From an uncultured Gammaproteobacteria bacterium (lineage in GTDB: Bacteria > Pseudomonadota > Gammaproteobacteria > JACCXJ01), in assembly GCA_963764725.1 (NCBI GenBank), contig CAVXTM010000018.1, positions 651,630 to 715,629 of the forward strand: a stretch of DNA of 64,000 nucleotides, read 5' to 3'. The position numbers and the translations under genes were made by a program. A model generated the notes under the pieces. It did not search any database, had not been told where the DNA came from, and saw only the letters and a program-made list of their open reading frames with translations. Positions 21,760 through 30,636 of the stretch are shown piece after piece. Every line of letters starts with the position of its first letter. Within the stretch, counting starts at the first letter, position 1.

Positions 21760-22029
21760 ATGAGCGCTTCCTTCCGGCGTGTGACCGGCGTGCTCCTCGA
21801 CATCGACGGCACGCTGCTCGACAGCAACGATGCGCACGCGCAGTCATGGGTCGAGATCTTCCACCGCTACGGGGCTTCGGCACGCGCCGGCGTGCCGACG
21901 CTTGCGCTACGCTGTGGTGGCTGGTGGGACGATGCGGCGCTCGCGGGCGCGGTGGCGATCTACGACGATCCGGCAGCGTTGCTCGCAGACATCGATCGAT
22001 CGCCGCTCGCGAGGTCTATGATGGGTTAA
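21760..22029 (+). pseudogene. HAD hydrolase with large internal deletion
   Basis: [15 protein letters not shown] joined directly to C-terminal [13 protein letters not shown]. Confidence 0.7.
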
Positions 22030-22134
22030 CGGGGCCCACACATTTTCGCGCCTCCCGCTTTTGTGCTAGCACGTGCGTGGACGGCCGACAGGGGTTTCTG
22101 GGTCACGGCAGTTATCAACGTGAGCGAGCAACTG

Positions 22135-23124
22135 TCACTTTTTGCGGCTTTTGCCGGCCTTCTTCCTGCCCTTCGCGCCGTTCTTCTTCGCCAGCTTCTT
22201 CTCCTCGTCCACTTCCTTCGGGACGAGGAATTCGATCGCCTTGGGCTCGATCTTGATGTCTATCGTCGCGGGTGGCTTCGGCTTTTTCTTTTCCTCCGCC
22301 GGCCACAGCTTGTCGTCGATATGGACGACGAACCCGGTCCATTCGATCTTCAGGCACTTGCCGCGGCGCGCCCCGAAGTGGGGCGGCCACGGTTTGCCCT
22401 CCTGCCAGTCCTTGATATGATCGTGCAGTAGGTCGCGGTGCTTCTCGGCGAGCAGCACGACGTCGAACTCGCCGTCGTTGCGCACGATATCCGGGGCTAG
22501 GAACAGATTGGGCCCGATGTATGCCATGTTGAGCACTTCGAACAGCAGATAGCGTCCGGAAATATCCGCGCCGTCCAGCGCGGCCTCGATTTCGACCACC
22601 GGGCAATCGGAAAGCTGCTCCCGGAAGATCTGCTGCGCGTAGGTGATCCTGATCCCGGTGTCTTTCAAACGATCGATCGTCTTGTTATCCTGCAATTTCG
22701 GTATGGAGAACGTCAGCAGCCCGGTGCCAATGCCCTCGATGAAGTGCCGTTCGCCCCACGGCCCGGTCGCGATGCCGGCATCGAACTTGAGCCGGCGCGC
22801 GGACTCCCAGCCCGGTATGAGCTGCGTTATTGGCAGGTCCGCGATACCGAGCGTTTTCGAGACGTTGTTCGCGGTGCCCAGGGGTAGCACTGCGATAGGC
22901 ACTCCGCTCCCGATGAGACGCCTCGCAACCTTCCCCACGGTGCCGTCGCCGCCGGCCACGGCGACGAGGTGGGCCGATTGCTTAAGCGCCTTCTGCCAGC
23001 CCTTCTCCTTGGTGGACTGGTAGCGCACCTTGTAGCCGGCCTCCTTCATTAGCGCCTCGATCTGTCCGGCAGTCGGTTGCTTCTCGTCCCCAGCGCCCGG
23101 ATTGTGTATGAGTGTCACGCGCAT
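22135..23124 (-). CDS. Diacylglycerol/lipid kinase family protein
   Basis: HNPGAG, GGDGTV, LPLGTANN. Confidence 0.9.
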   Translation of the reverse strand: MRVTLIHNPGAGDEKQPTAGQIEALMKEAGYKVRYQSTKEKGWQKALKQSAHLVAVAGGDGTVGKVARRLIGSGVPIAVLPLGTANNVSKTLGIADLPITQLIPGWESARRLKFDAGIATGPWGERHFIEGIGTGLLTFSIPKLQDNKTIDRLKDTGIRITYAQQIFREQLSDCPVVEIEAALDGADISGRYLLFEVLNMAYIGPNLFLAPDIVRNDGEFDVVLLAEKHRDLLHDHIKDWQEGKPWPPHFGARRGKCLKIEWTGFVVHIDDKLWPAEEKKKPKPPATIDIKIEPKAIEFLVPKEVDEEKKLAKKNGAKGRKKAGKSRKK

Positions 23125-23184
23125 GGATCTCGAACCTCAAGCCCGTGTCGGGCATTAAATTGAAATGGCCGTAAAAAACCCGTC

Positions 23185-23916
23185 ATGCGCCTGCTGATCT
23201 CCAACGACGACGGCATATACAGCCCCGGCATCGCGGCGCTCGCCGAGGTCGCGATCGAGTTCGGCGAGGTGCGCGTCGTGGCTCCGGACATGGAAAGATC
23301 GTCCGTAGGCCACTCCATCACCTCCGGGCGCCCGCTCTCGTACAAGCGCACGAAGCACATGAAAGTACAGGCCTACCGCGTCGATGGGACGCCGGCGGAC
23401 TGCGTTGCGCTCGGCGCTTTCCAGTGGGAGAACGTGGACGTCGTGCTTGCCGGAATCAATCTCGGCCCCAACATCGGCAACGGCATCTGGCACTCGGGCA
23501 CGCTCGCCGCAGCGAAGCAGGCAGCGCTCATGGGTATGCGTGGCATCGCGATGAGCATCCCGGTCCTCGAGGAGGAGCCGGACTTCGAGGCCCTGAAGCC
23601 TCACATCAGGCAGGTGCTCAAACTGCTGCTGGAGGAAACCGTCCTGTCGCTGGTGAACGTCAACTTCCCGGCCACGAAGCCGAACGGCATCCTGTGGACG
23701 CGGCAATCGGTCCGCTTCTACGACGGCAAAGTGGTGGCGGGGCAGGACCCCATGGGCCGCAAGCATTTCTGGTTCACCGTCATCCCGATCAAGGAGACCG
23801 ACGAGGGCAGCGATCGCTGGGCGCTCGAGCGCGGCTACATCTCGATCACGCCCCTGCGGCTCGATCTCACTGACGACAAGGAGCTCGCCATCGCGCAGAA
23901 GCAGCACCCGCTGTAA
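23185..23916 (+). CDS. surE: 5'/3'-nucleotidase SurE
   Basis: ISNDDG, GTPADCV, GIN.G.N, SGT, NVNFP, ISITPL. Confidence 0.93.
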   Translation: MRLLISNDDGIYSPGIAALAEVAIEFGEVRVVAPDMERSSVGHSITSGRPLSYKRTKHMKVQAYRVDGTPADCVALGAFQWENVDVVLAGINLGPNIGNGIWHSGTLAAAKQAALMGMRGIAMSIPVLEEEPDFEALKPHIRQVLKLLLEETVLSLVNVNFPATKPNGILWTRQSVRFYDGKVVAGQDPMGRKHFWFTVIPIKETDEGSDRWALERGYISITPLRLDLTDDKELAIAQKQHPL

Positions 23917-24459
23917 GAGCAGAGGGTGCCCACTCGATCGGCATGGACCTGGGAAATAGGAATTCAAACGCCCAGCCCAATGCAGCGAGATCAATTAAAC
24001 AGTGAACCAGGCGCGCGAGAAATTCCATGCATCTAGACTACACTGACATCCCGGTGCATGGCTAGCTGCTCAAAGGCTTGCTGAAGTCGCTGCCGCCAAT
24101 GCCCAAAGTTGTCGTTGGCATAAATCACCGGCACTTGACTCTTATGCGGCCGGCTTTGCGCAATGGGGCAGGTATCAGCCAGCGATCGAGCAAATCGAAA
24201 CCGAACCGTACCAACAGCGCAAGGGCGGGGCCATCAGCATCGTGTAAAAGGCAAAATAATACTGCCACAATTCATCCCTCACTTGCAGTCGTGCAAGCGG
24301 GCTACTGAGCAGGGCAAATAGCCTTTCATCGCTAGCTGGATGTCGCATTGTCACGGTCTATTCAAAACACCTGTGCCGGCCTAAACTTGGATTTCGCCTA
24401 ATACAGGTGACTTCTAACCTGTTCGAGCAGAAAATGATCTTTTGCGATTTGGAGCCGTC

Positions 24460-24963
24460 ATGAAGCAGATCCTAGCCGGTCTCTTTCTCTTCTCTTTGCT
24501 TGGCGGGTGTGCGAGCGACGTCCCTCTCGTGATCCGAGAACCACTGGCAGGCAACCCCAATTTGGCTGACGTGCAAAGCAACCCCAAGGCATCCATGAAT
24601 CGACGCGTTCGGTGGGGTGGGACAATTGTGTCCACAAAGAGTGTCGGAAATAAATCCGAGGTGGAAATACTTGCCAAAGCAATCGACACCGACGGCCGTC
24701 CCGAACCAGGCGACGCATCGCTCGGGCGGTTCTTGGTCAGCAACGATGGGTTTCTTGACCCGGTGACATACGGTGCCGGGCGCGAAGTAACGGTCTATGG
24801 AGTTTTGGAAAACGTGCTCATGCGCAACATCGGTGAACACCCTTACGCGTACCCATCCGTCCAAGCGACTCAGCTCTACTTGTGGCCAGAGCAGCGTGAC
24901 TACGGAAACGGTACTTGGTACCCCCAGGTTAACTTTGGTGTCGGGATCGGCTTTGGTTTATGA
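24460..24963 (+). CDS. Slp family outer-membrane lipoprotein
   Basis: LGGC lipobox, VRWGG.I, GRF....GFLDP..Y..GR.VTV.G. Confidence 0.88.
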   Translation: MKQILAGLFLFSLLGGCASDVPLVIREPLAGNPNLADVQSNPKASMNRRVRWGGTIVSTKSVGNKSEVEILAKAIDTDGRPEPGDASLGRFLVSNDGFLDPVTYGAGREVTVYGVLENVLMRNIGEHPYAYPSVQATQLYLWPEQRDYGNGTWYPQVNFGVGIGFGL

Positions 24964-25172
24964 GGCGGCACTTTCATGCTCGACTGGTGGCACGCGATAA
25001 GGCTTGGCCTTTATGTTCCGTCCTACACACCCGATGCGCTATGCTGAGGTTCAACACCCGCGGATGACTTCTGTCGGGTCGTAAAGAGGTTCTCCTCGGC
25101 GAACTTGCGCGGGACCAATAGCGTGAAGGTGGAGAACGCCCGCGCACCGGCCAAAGGGGGTGTAATCACCGC

Positions 25173-25930
25173 TCAAATGCCCAACGGCGCGTCTCGCGTC
25201 TCGGGCATGCGAGCAAGAACAAGCGCAAGGCCGACTGCGCCGACCCCGGCCAAGGAAAGAAACGCAGCGACGCTCCCGGATGCATCCGCGATGTAGCCGG
25301 CGAGCGTCGTGCTGATCGACGCGCCGATGCCGACGGCGACGCCAATGACGCCTTGGGCGAAATTGAAGTGGCCGCTCCCGCGCGTGGTATCGGCGATGAC
25401 GAGCGGCACAAGCACGCCGAGCGTCGCTGCCGAAATGCCGTCGAGGAGCTGCGCCGCGACGATGACGTAAGGCTCGCTTGTCGCCGCGAACACGGTGCCC
25501 CGGATCGACAACGCCACGAAGCACGAAGCCAGCAGCGGACGCCGGCCCCAGCTCTGCGCCTTGCGCCCGACCCAGGGCGCGATGGCTGCGACCAGGAATT
25601 GCGGCGCGAGAATGCAGATCGCCAGAACAGGCGTGGCCCATTCGGGCGCGCGCATCGTCAACAGGCCTGCCATGATCGGCAGCATTGCCGCATTGGCGAG
25701 CTGGAAGAGCACGATCGCGGCGGCAAAGATTAGCAGCGCTCGGCTGCGCGCGAGGCATAGCGAGGCCGGTAAGCGTGCCGATTGTCAGGATCAGCCCGAT
25801 GTCGAGTTGCGTCCACGCAACGGACGTCAGATAGGCCGCGACGAACGGACCCCATCCGGTCTGCACATCGGCAAGAAAGAAAGCGAACCAGTCGAGCCCG
25901 CGCTGACTGCGGCGCGAGGGTTGCACGGAG
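25173..25930 (-). pseudogene. MFS transporter with internal deletion
   Basis: N-terminal LDWFAFFLADVQTGWGPF joined out of frame to C-terminal FQLANAAMLP...GHFNFAQG. Confidence 0.75.
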
Positions 25931-25964
25931 CGTTCAGTCCATCAGCTTGTAGGAATGAGCGGTA

Positions 25965-27275
25965 CTAATAATTATATCCGGTCTCGTTGTGCATGCGGAC
26001 ATCGAGGCCTTCAGTCTCTTCCTCGGCGCTCACGCGCAAACCCAGCGTGAGATCGATGAGCTTCAAGATCACGAAGGTTACGACAGCACACCAGACCACG
26101 GTGGCAAATATACCGATGAGCTGCGTCTGGACCTGGCTGGACATTGTCACACCCTCGGCGAAACCGACACCGCCCAAAGCCTCGGCGGCGAAGACGCCGG
26201 TCAGGGTGGTGCCGATGATGCCGCCGACTCCATGAACCGGAAACACGTCGAGGGAATCGTCCACGCGCAGGGTGCGCTTCATGAAGTTGGTCGCGAAGAA
26301 ACAGATAAAACCGGCGGCCGAGCCGATGACGAGCGCCCCTAGTGGCCCGACGTAGCCGGAGGCCGGGGTGATCGTACCAAGGCCTGCGACCATCCCGGTC
26401 ACCATGCCGAGCACGCTGGGTTTGCCATAACGGATCCACTCGATCAACATCCAGGCCACTGACCCAGCCGCAGCACCGATGTGGGTCACCAGCATGGTCA
26501 TCCCGGCGGTGCCATCGGCGGCGAGGGCGCTCCCCGCGTTGAAACCGAACCACCCGACCCAAAGCATGCACGCACCGGTCACCGTCATCGTGAGGTTATG
26601 GGGAGGCATGGCGATTTCCGGGAATCCGTTGCGCCGTCCCATCACGAGGGCAGCCACTAGTGAGGCGATCCCGGCGTTGATATGCACCACGGTACCGCCG
26701 GCAAAATCCATGACACCGCGCTGCTGCAGCCAGCCGCCTCCCCAGACCCAGTGGGCTACCGGCACGTAGACCAGCGCCAGCCACAGGATGCAGAACCAAA
26801 TCAGAGACGAGAACCTCATGCGCTCGGCAAAGCCACCGACCACGAGCGCCGGTGTGATGATCGCAAAGGTCATCTGGAACATCGCAAACACGGTCTCCGG
26901 GATGGTCCCCTTGAGTGTGCCCGGCTCGATCCCGAGCATAAAGGCGCCGTGGAAACCGCCCAACCATGGATTGAGCGCACCGCCATCACCGAAGGCCAGG
27001 CTATACGCGAACGCTACCCACAAAAGGGATACCACGCAGGTTATGGTGAAGCACTGGATCAGGATCGAGAGGACGTTTTTGGTACGCACCAGCCCTCCAT
27101 AGAACAGGGCGAGGCCCGGGAGCGTCATGAACAGCACCAAGACCGTCGAGGTAAGCATCCAGGCGGTATTGGCCGCGTTGATCGCGGGCTCCTCCGCGGC
27201 CTGTGCCCACGCCGGACAGAGTAGAAACAGAAACGTCGATGCTGCCAATGCGCAGTACGGTTTGGGGATCTGCAT
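25965..27275 (-). CDS. amtB: Ammonium transporter
   Basis: FQMTFAIIT, DFAGGTVVH, WVGWFGFNAGS, DDSLDVFPVHG. Confidence 0.95.
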   Translation of the reverse strand: MQIPKPYCALAASTFLFLLCPAWAQAAEEPAINAANTAWMLTSTVLVLFMTLPGLALFYGGLVRTKNVLSILIQCFTITCVVSLLWVAFAYSLAFGDGGALNPWLGGFHGAFMLGIEPGTLKGTIPETVFAMFQMTFAIITPALVVGGFAERMRFSSLIWFCILWLALVYVPVAHWVWGGGWLQQRGVMDFAGGTVVHINAGIASLVAALVMGRRNGFPEIAMPPHNLTMTVTGACMLWVGWFGFNAGSALAADGTAGMTMLVTHIGAAAGSVAWMLIEWIRYGKPSVLGMVTGMVAGLGTITPASGYVGPLGALVIGSAAGFICFFATNFMKRTLRVDDSLDVFPVHGVGGIIGTTLTGVFAAEALGGVGFAEGVTMSSQVQTQLIGIFATVVWCAVVTFVILKLIDLTLGLRVSAEEETEGLDVRMHNETGYNY

Positions 27276-27374
27276 ACGGATCGCTCCTTGTTTATTATTT
27301 AAGGGCACTTCGATCAATTTCTTCCCTGCAATTTATCGAATCGCAAAGCAAAAAGCGTGGTTCTCGCTCTGCTC

Positions 27375-27407
27375 CATTGGTCAATCACTTAACGTGATCG
27401 ACCAATG
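27375..27407. promoter_or_regulatory. Near-perfect palindrome in the amtB/ABC divergent intergenic region
   Basis: CATTGGTC-A-ATCAC-TTAAC-GTGAT-C-GACCAATG. Confidence 0.5.
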
Positions 27408-27558
27408 TCCTCACGTCCCTGTGAGGGCGGGCACTCCGAATTAATCGAAGTGCCTTTAATAATACCTGAAATAAGGCGTTACGAAGCGAAATATCGTTAG
27501 CGTTGCGCTTCCTCGTCGTTTTTTCCGTACACTATCATGGCTGTTCATCGAGGGCCGC

Positions 27559-28308
27559 ATGATATCGGTCGAGAACATTTCGAAAACTTTCGGCGGGCAA
27601 GCCGCGCTGCTGCCGACGACGCTCACTTTCCAAACGCGAGCGACAACAGTGTTGATTGGGCCGAGCGGCTGCGGCAAATCAACCTTGCTGCGGCTGATTG
27701 CAGGTTTGATCTCCTACGACAGCGGACGTATAGCAATCAACGGAGTTGGGCTGACTGCCGGCAACGCTGACAAGGCGCGTCACGCAATCGGCTACGTCAT
27801 CCAGGAAGGCGGGCTTTTTCCGCACTTGACAGCGCAGCAGAACGTCAGTTTGCTTGCGCGTTTTCTAAAGCGCCCCGCGAATTGGATCGCTGAGCGCGTC
27901 GAATTTTTGTCCGCGCTGGTAAACATTCCTAAGAATGCGCTCGCGCGCTATCCGCAGCAGTTGTCGGGCGGGCAGCGCCAACGCATTTCACTCATGCGGG
28001 CGTTGATGCTTGATCCGCCGCTCATGTTGCTCGACGAACCGCTCGGCGCGCTCGATCCCATCGTGCGGGCCGAGCTTCAAGCTGAGTTGAAAACCATATT
28101 CAACAAGCTTGGCAAGACTGTCGTCTTTGTCACTCACGATATGAACGAGGCTGCGTATTTCGCCGATGAGATTGTGCTCATGCGCGATGGCAAGGTCGTA
28201 CAGCATGGAGCGCTCGACGATTTGCTCAAGCGTCCGGCCGATCCTTTCGTGCTCGAATTCATTCGCGCCCAGCGTTCGCTCCTCGCCGAACGGATGGCTG
28301 AAATGTGA
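27559..28308 (+). CDS. Osmoprotectant-type ABC transporter ATPase
   Basis: GPSGCGKST, LSGGQRQR, LLDEP; GYVIQEGGLFPH. Confidence 0.9.
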   Translation: MISVENISKTFGGQAALLPTTLTFQTRATTVLIGPSGCGKSTLLRLIAGLISYDSGRIAINGVGLTAGNADKARHAIGYVIQEGGLFPHLTAQQNVSLLARFLKRPANWIAERVEFLSALVNIPKNALARYPQQLSGGQRQRISLMRALMLDPPLMLLDEPLGALDPIVRAELQAELKTIFNKLGKTVVFVTHDMNEAAYFADEIVLMRDGKVVQHGALDDLLKRPADPFVLEFIRAQRSLLAERMAEM

Positions 28309-29828
28309 TTGGTTTGTGTACACAGTTTTCAATAATTAGCTTGGTCGCGGCACTCGCAGCCTTTCCGGTGTTTGCGCAGGAGGCACTCAACTTCGCGTCC
28401 AAGCGATTCACCGAATCCTACATCCTGGGTGAGATCGTCACCCAGACCGCGCAGAGCGCGGACGAGACGCCCGTTTTTTACAAGCCAGGTCTGGGCAACA
28501 CGGCAATATTGTTCGCAGCGTTGCAAACCGGCCGCGTTGCAGCCTACCCGGAATATACCGGCACGATCGTTCGAGAGTTGCTGACGATAGAAGATGCGAG
28601 CATCGCGGAAATCAATCGCAAGCTCGCGCCGCTTGGGCTCGCTGCCAGTATTCCGTTCGGCTTTGTCAACAACTACGCACTCGCGATGCTGGAAGCGAAA
28701 GCAAACGAACTCGGTATCGCCACGATTTCAGAACTCGCGGATCACCCGACGCTTGAACTGGGTCTCTCACAGGAGTTCCTGCAACGCAACGACGGCTGGC
28801 CGCTCGTCACAACTCGATACGAGCTGCCGTTTGCCGCGCCGCGCACAATTGATCACGGCCTCGCATACGAAGCGCTTGCCGCGCGCGAAATAGACGTTAT
28901 GGACATTTACTCGACCGACGCGAAGATCGCCAAGTACAAGCTGCGCGTGCTACGCGATGACCGCACGGTGTTTCCGGCGTACGAAGCCGTGCTGCTACAT
29001 CGCGCCGATCTGCCACAGCGTTGGCCAAAAGCCTGGGCCGCGTTGCAGAGTCTCGAAGGCAAGATTACTGCGGCGCAAATGATCGAGATGAATGCCGCGG
29101 CCGAGCTCGAAGGCCGCGCGTTCGCGCAAATCGCCGAGGAGTTCTTGCACGGAGGATCGCCTTCACCAGCCGCGAGCCGGGATCGACGTTTCAGCGATCT
29201 TCTATTCGGCGGGGATTTCTGGCGGCTGACCCGAGAGCACTTGGCGCTCGTGCTGATTTCGCTTGGCCTTGCATGCCTTGCCGCGGTGCCTCTCGGTATC
29301 GTGGCTGCGCGAGTGCCTAAAGCCGCGCAACCCATCCTGTCAGTCGTCAGCGTAATTCAAACAATTCCATCGCTCGCGCTGCTGGCGTTTTTGATCCCGC
29401 TCTTGAATCGCATCGGCACGCTACCAGCGCTTATAGCGTTGTTTCTCTACTCGCTTCTTCCGATCGTGCGCAATACCCACAGTGGGCTGACTTCGATCCC
29501 CTCTTCTCTCCAGGAGTCCGCACGTGCCCTTGGCCTGCCATCCCTTGCGCGCTTGCGTTTGATCGAGCTGCCGCTCGCGGCGTCCTCGATTGTGGCGGGA
29601 ATCAAGACCTCTGCGGTCATCAGTGTCGGCACCGCCACGATCGCCGCTTTCATCGGCGCCGGCGGTTACGGTGAACGCATCCTCGCGGGGCTCGCAGTCA
29701 ACGATAACGCAGTACTGCTCGCTGGAGCGATTCCGGCTGCGGCGCTGGCGCTTCTTATCGAGCGCGGATTCGTACTGCTCGATCGCTGGCTGATATCGGC
29801 GGGATTGCGGCACGCCAGATCGCCGTGA
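28305..29828 (+). CDS. Fused substrate-binding/permease subunit of a glycine-betaine-family ABC transporter
   Basis: SKRFTESYILGE, YPEYTGT, YSTD; QTIPSLALL, GAGGYG. Confidence 0.88.
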   Translation: MIGLCTQFSIISLVAALAAFPVFAQEALNFASKRFTESYILGEIVTQTAQSADETPVFYKPGLGNTAILFAALQTGRVAAYPEYTGTIVRELLTIEDASIAEINRKLAPLGLAASIPFGFVNNYALAMLEAKANELGIATISELADHPTLELGLSQEFLQRNDGWPLVTTRYELPFAAPRTIDHGLAYEALAAREIDVMDIYSTDAKIAKYKLRVLRDDRTVFPAYEAVLLHRADLPQRWPKAWAALQSLEGKITAAQMIEMNAAAELEGRAFAQIAEEFLHGGSPSPAASRDRRFSDLLFGGDFWRLTREHLALVLISLGLACLAAVPLGIVAARVPKAAQPILSVVSVIQTIPSLALLAFLIPLLNRIGTLPALIALFLYSLLPIVRNTHSGLTSIPSSLQESARALGLPSLARLRLIELPLAASSIVAGIKTSAVISVGTATIAAFIGAGGYGERILAGLAVNDNAVLLAGAIPAAALALLIERGFVLLDRWLISAGLRHARSP

Positions 29829-29945
29829 CAATCAGAGGCAAATGAATGCTTAAAGGACTGGTGGCCAAGGGGCATAGCCTGCTGCTTGGCCGTGGGCACA
29901 GGAAGATGGGACCCATCTTCCTGTCGCTGCATTGGCAGGCCGCCG

Positions 29946-30260
29946 TTACTTCAGACGGATATCGTTTTTAACCGCCGCAACTCCGTCGACCGAGCTAGCC
30001 AGATCCGCAGCCCGTTGTCGCTCCATTTCGTTGTTGGCGAACCCACTGAGCTGAACCTCTCCCTTGAAGGTCTCCACATTGATCGCAAGCCCACTGACCT
30101 CCGGGTCATGGAGCAGGGTGGTCTTGACCTTGCTGGTCAGCGCCGTATCGTCGAGGTACTCTCCGGTGCTTTCCTGTGTGGGGCTCCCCGCACACCCGCC
30201 GAGTAAGACGACGGCCAGCGCCGCAGCCATTAAACGCTTGTGTTTTATTCGATTGTTCAT
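29946..30260 (-). CDS. BON domain lipoprotein (OsmY-like)
   Basis: LGGC lipobox, DDTALTSKVK, INVETFKGEVQLSGF. Confidence 0.9.
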   Translation of the reverse strand: MNNRIKHKRLMAAALAVVLLGGCAGSPTQESTGEYLDDTALTSKVKTTLLHDPEVSGLAINVETFKGEVQLSGFANNEMERQRAADLASSVDGVAAVKNDIRLK

Positions 30261-30412
30261 CGCAAATCTCCTCTCGGACTCACTCCGAAGATTCAAGTAT
30301 CACACTCACCCCTCATGCGCATAGATCATGAGAGGCCTCTGGCCACGGCGGCAGACTTCGCAAACCGATGTCGCGGCTGCTGGTCGTACACACTGGCCAC
30401 ACCCAGACATGA

Positions 30413-30427
30413 GCAATCCATATGCCG
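30413..30427 (-). promoter_or_regulatory. Sigma54 -24/-12 promoter candidate
   Basis: CGGCAT-ATGGA-TTGC upstream of the BON gene. Confidence 0.5.
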
Positions 30428-30636
30428 TGCCCTTTATCCTGGATTAAGAGACGTAAACTCAGAGGGTTAAGACCGGGCCTGCCGGTAGGATCCGGATGTC
30501 AACGCGGATAACGTCGGTAAGAAATACCAGCCACGGGGAAAGAGTTACAGCGATGTCACGGCTGGCGACGCGAAAGCCAGTCCTGCCGGCGCGTGCCGGT
30601 CCTCACGCCCATCGCCCGGTGCTGGCGTCTCAACGG

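Noticed and set aside
27345-27362. Sigma54 promoter for amtB
   Set aside because: The -12 TTGC is present but the -24 GG is missing
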